Shown piece after piece: positions 1 through 12,445 of a stretch of DNA of 64,000 nucleotides. The number at the start of each line of letters is the position of its first letter. The first letter of the stretch is position 1. A program made the position numbers and the translations under genes. The notes under the pieces are model-generated. The model ran no database searches, had not been told where the DNA came from, and worked only from the letters and a program-made list of their open reading frames with translations. The stretch is taken from positions 160,001 through 224,000 of the forward strand of contig CAWJTV010000019.1 in NCBI GenBank assembly GCA_963845755.1, in the 5' to 3' direction. The DNA is from an uncultured Planctomycetota bacterium (GTDB lineage Bacteria > Planctomycetota > Planctomycetia > Isosphaerales > Isosphaeraceae).

Positions 1-58
1 ACGTCCCAAGAATTCTCCGAGATGGACGATCTGGGGGATTCCGGAGGCCGGCTCCGGT

Positions 59-3000
59 TCACCGGACGAATACGTCGGCGGGTAGATCGGGAAGGGATCC
101 GTTCAGGACCGACTCGGCCTCCTGGAGCAAGGCGTCGAATTCGGCAGATTGAGCCGCAGCCATCCCGCTCGCCGCGTTCCGCCACCGTAACGCTTGATCC
201 AGGGCGGTTCGCGCCAGTGCCCCCCGGCCGAGCCGTTGCCGGCACATGGACAGCAAGACCCAGTCGTAACCGATCTGGTCTGCGTTGCGGGCGATGTTCT
301 GCTCGAGTTCGGCCGCGGCTTCGGCGAAGCGGCCGGCGCGGTAAAGCGCCGCTCCCAGGGTATTTCGGAAAGCGGTTTCTTCGGGCACCAGATCAAGGGC
401 TTTTCGCGCCCAACGGATCGCTTCGTCGGTATTGCCGCGACCCGGCAAGGAGACGAGGCACCAGGCTAGACCGTTGGCGGCGAAGGCCGAGTCCGGGCTC
501 CGGGCCAGCGAGGCCCGATAGTCGGCCGCCGCCATCCGCCACCGACCCAACGTCAACCACCGGCCGGCCCGCGTGCGCAGCTCCTCGGCGTCGGCAAGGT
601 CGGGATCGAGCAACACCTGAACGGCAGACCTGGCCTCTCGTAGCGTTTGCCGAACCGCCAGAAGCCTGAGCCCCGCGGCGTCGGCCCCTTCGACCTCGAT
701 CCGGTCCACCGTGGGTTCATCGCCGGATGTCGCACGGCCACCAAAGATATCGGGAATGCCGGTTGCCAGACTCAGCTCGACGAGCCGGTCGCGGATCGTG
801 GACAGGTCCCAGACGTCCACCTGCTGGTCGGACCGCCCCGCAGCGAGAAAGCGGCCGTCGGGGCTGAAGACCAGGCAAGCCGTCAACACCCCATCGGGCG
901 CGTTGAGCGAGGCCAGAACGCGGCCGCTCTCCACCTCAACGAGTCGCACTACTGACAGGCTCGAATCCAGGAGCGCGACAATCCGACTGTCGGGGTGAAA
1001 CGCCATCCGCATGCCCCCGTTCTCCCCTCCATGATCGATCTCCGGCCCGAGCGTCCAGGAACCGGTCCTGAAGAATCGGTAGCGAGCCGTGCCACCCACG
1101 CCCAGCCACCGGCCATCGGGACTGAAGGCCACACGGGCGTTGCCGAGCGGAAGTTGCACCCGCAACTGGCCGGTAATCGCATCCCAGACTTTGACCTGCA
1201 GGGTGTCCGGAGACATTCCTAGGCTCGCGGTGGCGGCCCAGCGGCCATCTGGGCTGATCGCCAGATCGACCACGCGCTCGTGCGGTAAGAGCCAGGTCCG
1301 CCGCCACGGTCGTTCCGTGTCCAGGAGCATGGCACCGAGATAAGTCGGCGAACTGACGCCGATCAGCCGACCGCTCGAACCGGTCGTCAAGCCCTCGTAG
1401 ATCAAGCCGGTTCTCTGGTTGAACCGGGCCACTGGTTCTGGCGGTCCCATCCGCAAGAGATTCCCGGGGAGGCGCCGGACCGGCCATCGGCAGATGCCAC
1501 GTTCGTTGTAGGTCAGCAGCGACCCCTCGGGCAGGAACTGGGCCTCATCGCAGAAGCCGATCGGTAGGAAGGCGAGCGCCGCACCGTCGGATGCGCGGGC
1601 GATACACACACCCGGCCGCATCGCGATCGCGATCAGTTGGCCGTCGGGACTATACGCCACCCTCCAGGGCCCGGAAATCACGGTGCCGGCGCGATCGCCG
1701 AACATCCGACAATCGATCGTTCGTCGCGCATCTCCCGTGGTGATCCGGTGGAGGATCAATTCCTGGTCCTTACCAATCACCAGGCTGGAACCGCGCTCGG
1801 CCCAGCCCATGAAACCTCCCGTCAGGGTGAGGAGGAGGCGGCCCCGAAGTGGGTCCCACAACCGGGTCGTGCCGTCCCAACTCTGCGAGGCCAGCAAGTC
1901 GCCCCCCGGCTGGAACTGGACGTTGATCCCCTCGCCCTGGTGGCCCTGGAGCAGGGCGACCTCTTCACCGTCGGCGACGTCGTAGATCGAGATGGCCCGA
2001 TCGTGAACGATCGCCACGAGCCTTCCATTTCGGCTGAGTGCCAGGGCGCTCCCCACCCGGATGGAGGGAAGCTTGAGGTCGCGCACGATGCGGCCGCTCG
2101 CCGTGTCGTAGATAGCGGCGCGGGACTGATCGGGGCGGATGAGGGCCAGGTGACGGCCGTCCTCGGACAAAGACATCCAGGGGAACCCGATCCGTCTCGG
2201 CACGTCCAGTCCGAGCCGGAATCGCAGCGCCTCGGTCATGGCCGGCAGGTCGTAGACGCGCACGTCTCCGTCGGGGAGCAGGGCCGCCACCTGGCCGCCG
2301 TCAGCCCGGGCCGCCACACAGCGGACGTCGGCCGGCCAGACCGGTGGCACCTCGCCCCGCTCGAGATCCCAGAACTCATAGCGCGACGAGCCGGATTCGA
2401 CGTAGAGGAACCGGCCGCCCGGAACGAACCAGGGTCCGAACCGAGCCGATGGCCGATCGGAGACCAGGACTCCGACGTCGGCCCCATCCGACAATCGATG
2501 AATGTGGAGTAAATTGTTGCTCCGAATGACGCAACGGTCGGCGTCGAACGGAGAATGCCCGCGGTTCGGATCTCAAACCCGGCATCGACCAGGTCTGCAC
2601 CGGGCGGTCGTCCATCAGGGCCAGGGTCGCGATCGCCTCGTCGCGCAGGTCGGCCAGGTGTTCGGAGGAAGCCCCGACGGCATGAGCGATCTGCGCCGCG
2701 CTCCTCAGGCTCTGGAGTGCGTCGGACCGGCGCCGAGGCTGTCTCGAGTATCGCAAGGCCCGGGCCTGGAGGACCAGCGACCGGCCCAGCTCGGCCTGGG
2801 TCTTGAGCTGCTCGCTCTGGACGGCGTTCCGCTGCTGGCGGAACTTCCAGGCCGCCACCGTCGAACCGATCATCAGGAGGGACGTCAAGATCGCCGCCAG
2901 CAGGGTCAGGAGGGCGACGGCCGGTTTTCGCCGAGACCACCGCCACAGCCGTTCGGGGATCGAAAGCGGCCGCGATCGGATGGGGCGGCCTTCGACGAAC

Positions 3001-4280
3001 CGGCCCAGTTCCCTGGCCAGCTCGCCCGCATTCTCGAAGCGATCGGCAGGGTTCTTCGCGATGGCTTTGAGGACGATCGTCTCCAGGTCGCGCGGGATCT
3101 GGCGATCGTGCTTGCGGGGCCAGATCGGTTCCTCGTTGAGGATCGCGTGGATCAGTTGCAGCCGCCGGGAGGCCGTGAATGCCGGCTTGAGCGTGAGCAT
3201 CTCGTAGAGCGTGACCCCCAGGCTATAGACGTCACAGCGCGCGTCCGCCTTCCCTTGAAATCGCTCCGGCGCCATGTAACGCAACGTACCGACAACGTCC
3301 CCGGGTCTCGTCAGGTCGTCGGTCCCCTCCGACTTGGCCAGGCCGAAGTCGGTAACCCAGAGGGTCCCCTGGAGGTCGAGCAGCAGGTTCGCCGGCTTGA
3401 TATCGCGGTGGACAACCCCGTGACGATGCGCATAGGCCAGGGCATCGGCCGCCTGGACACCCAATCGCGCCACGTTGTGGAAATAGTGCGATTCCGCACG
3501 CCCCAGGATCGCGGAGGTCGACGAGGAGCCCATCGCAGGCCAGTCGGTCAACTTGGTCGTCGGCCTTGCGGCCTCGTGCGACGCGCCGGGCGGGGTTGTC
3601 GTCAACGGGACGGCCGTCTCCACCTCGGCCGGCAACGGCTGCGGGGATAGGCGGCGCGTCAAGAGCTTGCTGGCGAGGCTCACCGAGTTGTCCCCGGGCT
3701 CGAGGTGGGCGATCGTCTTCGCATGACGGGCGTCCCGGCGCTGGGCGAGGATCTCGCGGAGCACGGACTCCAGGCTCGGGCCCTGGATGTACTGCATGGC
3801 GAAGTAGTGTACGCCCTCGTGCACGCCGACCCCGAAGACCGGGACGATATTGGTGTGGTGCAACAGGGCCGCGGCCCGAGCCTCGCGATGGAACCGGATC
3901 AACTGGATCGATCCCGACTGTCGATTGAGGGACAGGACCTTCAAGGCCACGTGACGGCCGAGGCTCTCCTGCACGGCCTCGTAGACGGTCCCCATGCCGC
4001 CCCGCCCGATCTCGCGGAGAATCCGATAGTCGCCCAGTCGCTCGAGCGGGGTCCTGGCGGATGGCACCCGGTCGGCGGCGGGGTCGGAGTGCCGATCTTC
4101 CCCGCTTCCGATCTGCTCCATCATCACCAGGGTCGGGAACAGCTCTCGGATCTCATCGGCGAGGTCGGGGTAGCGGTCGGCATATTCGCTCAGCGCAGGC
4201 CGTTCTCCGCGGCGGTACCGCTCGGCGAATTCATGAGCCAGTGTGTTGAACACGTCCGGGTCGGACATCGACTCGCCCAT
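59..4280 (-). CDS. Ser/Thr protein kinase with WD40 beta-propeller and C-terminal TPR repeats (one frameshift near 2530)
   Basis: Hanks kinase motifs GRGGMG, VALK, HRDIKPANLL, DFG, APE in ORF 2376..4934. A hydrophobic helix follows, then WD40 repeats (GH...WD, VAFSPDG) and TPRs (NTLGAALYRAGRFAEA) in ORF 59..2494. Start MGESMSD at 4280. Confidence 0.9.
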
Positions 4281-4282
4281 GA

Positions 4283-4922
4283 TCAGGGCTCCAGCCAGTC
4301 GCTGTTGAGGCTGTTCAAAATCTCCTTGAGTCGTCGCAGCGCACGCATGTAACGCATGCCGGCGGCCTTCTCCTTGATCCCGAGCACCTGGGCGGTTTCG
4401 GCGGGCGAGAGCTGCTCGAAATGTCTCAGGGCGAGCACTTCGCGGTCGAGCGGGTCCATCGTGTTCAGCGCCTCCTGGAGTCGAATCTTGATCTCGAGCC
4501 GGATCGCCTCCTCGCTCGCGCGGGTCAGATTGCCCAGGAGTTCGGCCGCCAATGCCGTCGTGGTGGTTTCCGGCAGCGCCCCATCGTGGATCGATACCTC
4601 GCGGCGGGGATCGCGCATCTGGGTACCCAGGTGGTGGCGATGGATCTCGCGCGAGCTTGTTCCCCGCGATGCCCCTCAACCAGAGGAAAAATGGCATCGC
4701 GGGCTGCCGGAGATACGCGCCCAGATCCTGCCAGGCCTCGAGGTAGGCGTCCTGGAGGACGTCCGAGGGATCGACTCGCCCCTGGAGCCGCTGATCGAGG
4801 CGAAAGGCCACCATGCGGCGCAGCCGCTGACGGCTCGCTCCCACGAGGGCTTCCCAGCTCTCGGGATCGCCCCGGGCGGCGAGCTGCAATCGTTCGTCGT
4901 TTTCGTTCGTTTCCTCTGGCAT
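4283..4922 (-). CDS. ECF RNA polymerase sigma-70 factor, planctomycete type (frameshift near 4650)
   Basis: Region 2 RLRRMVAFRLDQRLQGRVDPSDVLQDAYLEA and region 4 DREVLALRHFEQLSPAETAQVLG...RYMRALRRL. The stop lies 2 nt before the kinase ATG. Confidence 0.9.
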
Positions 4923-5268
4923 CGAGGTAACCACGCTGGTTTCGTGGGCCGCGGGTCGATCGAAAAGTGACCGGCGAGACCTCGAGGTCTCTTGATGGGA
5001 TCCTGGGAATCCCTGCTGACTCGGGATGAGAGCCGTTCCTCTCGCAACTGGTCCATCTTAACTGTATCTCGGGCATTGACCGAATCCAACTTGTTTTGCA
5101 ACATTCTCTCTCGTCGCAACGATTTGCAAAGACGGAGATTTCTCATGCTGCTCCATGCTGGGATGACTTCTGATTGCCCGAACTGAGAATCTTTTCGAGA
5201 ATCTTGAAATAAGAACCCGCCAGGTGGGAAGTAAGAGGCAACATGGAAGCAGCAGGAGCGGTCAAGAC

Positions 5269-7517
5269 ATGGCAGGAGTTTTGTCCGATTCGACATCGCG
5301 GCTGATCGGTACACTCCTCGGCGAGGGCTCGCTCACGGGCATGACCAATGCGCAACTGCTCGATCGGTTCGTGTCGCAAGAGGGAGGCGCCCGCGGAATA
5401 TGCGTTCGAGGCCCTGGTCCGGCGGCACGGTCCGATGGTCATGAACGTTTGCCGAGGTGCCCTCGGCGACCTGCACGATGCCGAGGACGCCTTCCAGGCG
5501 ACGTTCCTGGTGCTGGCACGACGAGCCTCTTCGTTGCGAGACCCTGCGAGCCTGGGACCGTGGCTTCACGGCGTTGCGCGGCGGACGGCGCAGAAGGCCA
5601 GGGCACGGAGGTCACGGCTGGAACGTCTCATCCATCGGGCGGCGGCGACGGTCGGGATCGGGGCGGCGTCCCGAACCGATCGGAGTGCCCATGACGCGGA
5701 GGAGGCCGCACTGCTTCACGAAGAGATCGGCCGTTTGCCGGAGAGATACCGGAAACCCGTGGTCCTCTGCGACCTCGAGGGGCTGAGCCGTGAAGAGGCA
5801 GCCAGGCAGCTCGGCTGGCCCATCGGCACGCTGGGCGTGCGGTTGATGCGGGCACGGGAACGCCTCCGCGGCCGCTTGACCCGCCGGGGCATGGCCCCGG
5901 CGGGGTCGGCGATCCTCCCCCTGGGTCTTCCTGCCGAGCCGTTGTGCGGATCCCTGGCCGTCCAGACCGCCCGGGCGGCGTCGAGCTTCGCAACAGGGTC
6001 TGTCTCCACGTACGGGGCGATTCCCTCGCAGGTTACCGCGATCGCGGTCGGAGTATTGAGAACCATGTCGATCAAGAAACTGAGCATCGGAGCGGCGGCG
6101 ATTCTCGGCTGCATGCTCATCGCGGCCGGCTCGATCGTGCTGGCCTTCCAGGCGCCGACGAAGCGGCCGAACAATGGCAGCAAGGCGGCACCGCCGTCGA
6201 AGAAGGCGCCCGCCCAGGACGACACGGCAAAACCCTCGAAATCCATCCTGACGAACGGCGGGTTCGAACGTGGCGACAGTCAGGGCGTCGCACCGGCCGA
6301 TTGGAAGAAGGGGGCGGCGGTCCCACGCGTCTTGTACCTCTGGGACCGCAACAAAGCGCATGGAGGCAAAGCCAGCCTCCATTTGAGGAAGACCGTGGAG
6401 CGCTACTTCCCGATCGCCCAGTGGTCCCAGGAAGTCAAACGCCAGGGCAACGCCAAGCGGCTCAAGATCGTCGCCTTCATCAAGGCCCGGAAGATGGGAA
6501 AAGCCGTGCTGGACGTCCAGTTCGTCGATCGCAAAGACCAGTGGACCCATCAGTGGGTCGCTTACATCGGTGCGAAGGAGGCTGGCGACCCGCCGGTGAC
6601 GCACGACTGGAAGAAATACGAAGCGGTCGTGGTGATCCCCGATGGGGCCGTGAAGCTCATCATCGCTCCGCAGATCTATGGACCCGGCGACGTCTGGTTC
6701 GACGACGTCGAAGCCGAGTACACCGACGCGGAGGCGACCGAGCCGGTGGCCTCCCTCCCACCGGATGACTCCTCCAAGGAGGATGCCGATGCCGCACTGG
6801 CCGACGTGGCCGATGTCCCTGTCCAGGAACGGACGGCCAGTGATGACGCGCGGAAACGGTATTTCCTGATCGGGCCCACGGCCCAGTCGGACGCACCGGC
6901 CGACGGCTATCGGCTGCTGGTCGTGCTCCCCGGTGGCGACGGCGGGGCCGATTTCCAGCCATTCGTGCGGCGGATCGCCAAGTACGCCCTCCCGCCGGAT
7001 TACCTGGTCGCCCAGCTTGTGGCCGTCGCGTGGTCGCCCGAGCAGGCCAGGGACATCGTCTGGCCGACCGCGGCGGACAAGCTACCCGACGCCAAGTTCA
7101 CGACCGAGGATTTCGTGAACGCGGTGATCGCCGATGTGTCGCGGACGAACAAGATCGACGCGCAGCTTCGTCTTCACCCTGGGATGGTCCTCGAGCGGCC
7201 CCGCGTTGTACGCGAGCGTACTCCAGCAAGGCGCCCGACCGACCGGTTCGTTCGTCGCGATGTCCATCTTCAAACCCGGGCGCCACCGGCCTGTCCGGAA
7301 CGCCCAGGGACACGCCTATTACCTCCTGCACTCGCCACAGGACTCGTTGATTCCGATCGCCATGGCGCAGACGGCCGTTGACGACCTGCGGCAGTCCGGC
7401 GCCAAGGTCGAGCTGCGGACCTACGACGGCGGCCATGGCTGGCATGGGGACGTCTTCGGCGAGATCCGCCGGGGCGTCCGGTGGCTCGAGGCCAACCATT
7501 CCGCCCCGCCCAGTTGA
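5269..7517 (+). CDS. ECF sigma factor with C-terminal extension: TM helix, carbohydrate-binding-like domain and alpha/beta hydrolase (frameshifts near 5385 and 7160)
   Basis: AFEALVRRHGPMV...DAEDAFQATFLVLARRA and LPERYRKPVVLCDLEGLSREEAA; TM IGAAAILGCMLIAAGSIVLA; LTNGGFE...VWFDDV jelly-roll signature; GWSSSG, HSPQD and GGHGW hydrolase triad motifs. Confidence 0.8.
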
Positions 7518-7912
7518 GCGAACGACGATCCCTCCGGGGTCAGCGTCCGCCGGCCGCCGGGGCCGCGGCCCCCATGCGTCTGCTGGGTCGATCCGCAGGA
7601 ACTCGACTGCCTCCGCCGGCTGGCGTAGATGCCCAAGGGCTGGTGACAGCCCGCCCCACCACCGCACTGGACCACGACGAAGTCGCCACCCTCTCAGCAT
7701 CGCAGGACATAGGCCGGCGATCGGCTGAGCCGGTCGCGATTGCGGATGTCGCTGAGCATGGTCCGCGGGTCCGCATGCCCGGCGAAGTCTTGAAGGTCGA
7801 TGATGGCGGACCCGCGTCCTGCGCCGTCACCCGCAGCGAGTGCACGGACACGTTGGGGTCGAGCTCCTGCGGGGCAGCTCATCCTCTGGCGGCATAATCC
7901 TCGATCGGGGGA

Positions 7913-7941
7913 TTGACTCGGTGACAAGTTGTCACCATAAT
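7913..7941 (+). promoter_or_regulatory. sigma70-type promoter with a palindromic operator in the spacer
   Basis: TTGACT (7913-7918), 17-nt spacer, CATAAT (7936-7941). The 8-1-8 palindrome GGTGACAA-G-TTGTCACC sits at 7920-7936, about 30 nt before the blaI-like ATG. Confidence 0.75.
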
Positions 7942-7972
7942 GGCGATCGTCTGTAACCGATGGAGGATCGTC

Positions 7973-8371
7973 ATGAGAATTCCCCGGGAGCCTTTGTCGC
8001 CGGGCCAGCAGGAGATCATGGAGATCATCTGGGAAAAGGGCGAGGTCGCGGCCGTCGAGGTTCGGCAACTCCTGCCCGACGGCCGCGAGCTGGCGCGAGA
8101 GACGGTGCGCACCATGCTCGAGAGGATGGAAGACAGGGGGTGGCTCAAGCACCGCGTGGTGGGGCGGACCTTCTTCTATTCGGCGGCCGTCCCGCGCGAG
8201 GTCACGGCGGGCCAGAAGGTGATCGAGCTGATCGATACCGTCTGCGGCGGCTCGCCGGAGCGATTGATGACGGCCCTGCTGGACTATCGAGGGCTGTCTG
8301 CGGAGGAGGCGGCCCGCATCGAGGCGCTGATCAGGCAAGCGAAGGACAAGAAACCAGGCCCTCGAGGTTAG
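7973..8371 (+). CDS. BlaI/MecI/CopY family transcriptional repressor
   Basis: LSPGQQEIMEIIWEKG...TVRTMLERMEDRGWLKHRVVGRTFFYSA...LSAEEAARIEALI; directly upstream of an M56 peptidase. Confidence 0.92.
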   Translation: MRIPREPLSPGQQEIMEIIWEKGEVAAVEVRQLLPDGRELARETVRTMLERMEDRGWLKHRVVGRTFFYSAAVPREVTAGQKVIELIDTVCGGSPERLMTALLDYRGLSAEEAARIEALIRQAKDKKPGPRG

Positions 8372-8376
8372 GTGAC

Positions 8377-10448
8377 ATGCCGACGCTCATCGGACAACCG
8401 CTCGATAGCACGATCGACATCCTGATCCGGATCAGCATCATCCTCGGGGCCGGCCTGCTCCTTTCACGCGCGGCGAGGAGGGACGCGGCGATGCGACATG
8501 CGATCCTGGCCGCCCATCTCGCCGCGGCGCTCCTCGTGCCGGCGATGATGCTGACCATCCGGTCGCTGCCGGCACCCTGGTTGGAGTTGGGCCTGGTTGG
8601 CCGGGCGGGTCACGATGAGTCGGCGCAGCCGCCCAGGTGAGTTCGCGGCTGTCGAACGAAACGCGTCAGGGCCTCGCGAGTCCGGACCACCCCGCCCCGG
8701 CGATCGGCGCCGTGAGGGGTGGCGGGGCCCGACCGGGGCCAGCGGCCGATGCGTCCCCTCGGTTCGACGAGCGAGCGCTCGGCCCCCGCGCACCGAGCTG
8801 GTCGGAGACCGACGGCGGACGATTCGCGGCCGGCGCCCTGCTCTCGGCCTTGCTACTCGGGGCGATCGTCAAGATGACGGGGCTCGGGCTATCGGTGCTC
8901 CGCCTGCGGCGGATCGTGGCGCGGGCGCGCCCGCCGCTGCCGATCAGATCCAGTCCATGCTCGGCCTCGTCCAGCGGCGAGTCGGGATGCGACACCCGCC
9001 GCGGCTGTGGGAGAGTGCGGAGGTCTCCGCCCCGGTCGCGACGGGCGTGATCGGCGACCATGTCCTGCTACCGGAGGGCTGGGCCCGGAGGTTAACCGGT
9101 GACGAGCTGCTCGCGGTCCTCTGCCACGAGGCCGCGCACCTCGCGCGGCGCGATCACCGGGTGGTGATCCTGCAGGAGCTCCTCGGGAGCGTGCTCTGGT
9201 TCCATCCTCTGGCGCATCTGTTCAATCGCGCGCTGAATCGCGTGCGGGAGGAGGTCTGCGACAATTACGTGATCATCATGGCGGAGCGCCCGGCCTACTG
9301 CGAGGTCCTGCTGCGACTCGCCGCCGGCCGCCCGCATGCGACTCCGCGTGGCGCCGCCACGATGTGGGCGCGTCATTGGTGTCTCGAGGATCGGATCCGG
9401 GGAATCCTGGACGAGCGGCGCCCGACGAGGACCAAGATCTCGCGCGCCGCCCGCTCGGCGACGGCGGTCCTTGCCCTGGCGATCTGCGGCCTCGTTGCCA
9501 TGCCCCAGCGCAGGCGCGTCTCGGGCCGACGATCGTGGCGAGGCGACGGCCCGGCACGAATCTTCACAATCCGCAGCGCGCGGCCCGGCCGAGATCGAGA
9601 TGACGAGACGTATTATCAGGTCCTTCCCCGTGAAGGGGGAGGAGACGCTCTGCATCCAGAACCTCGCTGGCCGCGTCGAACTCGTGCCCGGCGACGGGTC
9701 GGAGGTCAGGGTCGAGGCGATCGTCCGAGTGGGCGACCTGGCGGAAGCCGAGCTGACTCGCCTGATCGACTCCATCCGATGGGTCGAGGCACCAACCGAG
9801 GACGCAGGGCCGCGATGGGGACTCTCATTCCCGACGGAGGATTACCCGACGGTTCGGTATCCCGTGGCGGGTGAGACGAAGGTCAACCTGGACACGGTGC
9901 GCTATCTCGATCGCGAGATCCGCATCTCGAGTCGTAGGGCCGAAGCGACGCCGTCTGTGGAGTTCGACCTCCGCATCTCGCTGCCGCCCGGCGTGCGGGT
10001 CGCGGTCGACAACGCGGTGGGGCCGATCGACGGCGACTCGGTCGCTTCCCCGCTGAGGTTATCGACGCGGCACGGGGTCATCAAGCTCGGGAACGTGCGG
10101 GCCTCGATCGACGCGACATCGGAGTTCGGCGACGTCCTTATATCGAGGTCGGACGCCGATGCCGTCGTCCACACGGGTCGCGGCGGCATCGAACTTTCGC
10201 GAGTCACTCGAGGTCACGTGACCCTCTCCACGCGCACGGGCCACTGCCGGATCGCCCGACTGCCCGAGACCGGCTTCAAGCTCCAGTACTCGGGCGCCCG
10301 CCCGATCGACGTCGTGGGCGGGGACGTAATGCGTATCTCGTCCGGGAGCGGCGGTCGACGGAACGAATTGCTCTCTCGCGGGACGGGGGGGCCGTCGATC
10401 GCGGTCACCTCCGGCACCGGGGACACCGTCGTCGAAACGGGCCCGTAG
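8377..10448 (+). CDS. BlaR1-like M56 metallopeptidase with C-terminal DUF4097/adhesin-like beta-repeat domain (several frameshifts)
   Basis: N-terminal TM helices; HEAAH zinc motif, WFHPL and REEVCD; C-terminal repeats such as VDNAVGPIDG, STRHGVIKL and TSGTGDTVV. Confidence 0.8.
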
Positions 10449-10550
10449 GACGGCACACGAGCAACCTCCAGGACCAGAAACGTGTCCCTTGAACCCCTCG
10501 GTGTAGGGTCGCGCCCCCGTGCGCCTCATTTCCGAAAGGATGGGAAGAAC

Positions 10551-12300
10551 ATGATGATACGATCCCGTCGAACGCCGGCCCGACTCATCCCGGCGGTACT
10601 CGCGGCGCTCGTCCTGTCCGATGGGGCTGGCGCCGACGACGTTCGTGTCGGCCGGGGCGTCGCGGCCGGGGAAGTCCATCCGCCCTCTCCCGGCCGGCTG
10701 ACGACGCGAGACGACCACATGCGTGCGTTCGACGAAGAGCTGCGTGCGTTCGCGGCGCTGCTCGACCTGCCCGGCATGGTCGTCGTCGTCGCACAGGACG
10801 GCAAGATCGTCCATCGCCTCGAATGGGGCCATGCCGACGTCGATGCCCATGAGCGAGCGACGATCGATCGACTGTTCTGGATCGCGTCAGTGACCAAGAC
10901 ATTCACCGCGACTCTGATCATGCAGATGGTCGACGAGGGGCTCATCAGCCTCGACGATCGGATCATCGAGTACTGGCTCCCGTCATTCTTCCCGGTGAGA
11001 ATCACGCCGGATTACCGGCTTCGCCACGTCCTGGGCCACACCGCCCAGGGCACCCCGGGACGGACGTTCGTCTACAGCGGCGGGCGTTACGGCTTCTCCT
11101 ACGGCGTGTTCGAGAAGGTCGGCGGACTGCCGCTGAAGGAGCGGCTGATCCGACGTGTCCTCGACCCGCTCGAGATGAAATCGACGATGCCCGGTATCGG
11201 GGACGAGCGCTACAAGCGCCTGCGCGGCAGGCTGGTGACCCCCTACCGGTACGACCCGGTGAACCGTCGGCACGTCAAAGCGCCGGACGTGCTTCAGGCG
11301 GGAGACATGTTCGCGTCGACCGGCATGGCGAGCTCCGCCGTCGACTTGGTGCGCTACGCTCACGCGCTCGATACTCACGCGCTGATCTCGGCCGGCGCGC
11401 ACGCGGAGATGACGCGGCCCGCCGTATCGACCGACGGCCGCACGCTGCCGTACGGCGTCGGCTGGTTCGTACAGGAGTGCGACGGTGAGAAGCTGGTCTG
11501 GCATTACGGGTACGGAGCGGCCGACTCCGCCTTGCTGGTCCGCGTCCCCCGCCGCGGGCTCACCCTGGTCGCGCTCGCCAATTCCGATCAGCTATCGGCC
11601 AGCAGCCTGCTCGGCCACGGCGACGTGCTGACCTCGCCCGTCGCCGTCTCATTCGTGAAGCACTTCGTCTCGCCCGGGAATGCCCCGCTGGCGTCTTCCG
11701 ACTACGACGCGGCGACCGCCGCGGTCGAACAACACCTTGACGGGTTGCGACGGGGCGGGGCGTCGGCAATCTACGATGACGAAGTCTTCGCGCAAGCGCT
11801 GGCCCGCGACTACCTCGGCCGCCGAGACTCGCGAGAGGACTCGAGGGCTAAGGACCTATTGCGTTGGCTGCTCCACAAATCCCCTGGGCGGCTGGGACGG
11901 GCCGACACGGCCACTCTCAACCTCCTGTCCCGGCAGTCCGACCCCGAGTTGCTCGCCTCGGCCGGCCCCCTCCTCGAATTGCTCCGGGCACGCGAGCCGG
12001 AGAACCCCGAGGTCCTGGCCGCGGCCGTCCAGTATCACGAAAAATCGGGGCACGAAGGCCAGGCCGTCGAACGCGCGCCGGCGGCTCGCGGCCCTCAAAG
12101 GGTACGAGGACGACTCTCGCAAACAGGAAGCAGCCCTCTGGCTCGGCAAACACCTCAGCCGCACCGACCCGGAACTGGCCAGGGCCTACCTCTGGAACGC
12201 GATGGCGTGGTCGTACAACTCCGGTAACGGCGACCTCGGTGGCCGGGTCACTCGTGCGATCGACGATCTGAGGCTCACGCGTCGAGAGGCGACCAAGCGG
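10551..12300 (+). CDS. Serine hydrolase (beta-lactamase class C-like family) with helical C-terminal extension; 3' end uncertain (frameshift near 12075)
   Basis: Signal peptide, SxxK motif IASVTKTF, PGRTFVYS, YGVGW...WHYG. Confidence 0.8.
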
Positions 12301-12445
12301 GGTTCGAGTGATACCCTCCGCCGTGGTGGTGCGCCCCCTGAGGATCCACAACGCCGCCGGCCATCAAGCAGCCTTTTCAGCCGATCGTGTGACTCACAGA
12401 TTCTAGACGGAGTCGGCCTGTCCGGCCCGGATCACAAGGGACTCA

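Noticed and set aside
2376..4934. Sigma-kinase fusion shown by the 852-aa ORF
   Set aside because: This is an artefact of the indel near 4650. Sigma region 4 is in another frame with its own stop at 4283.
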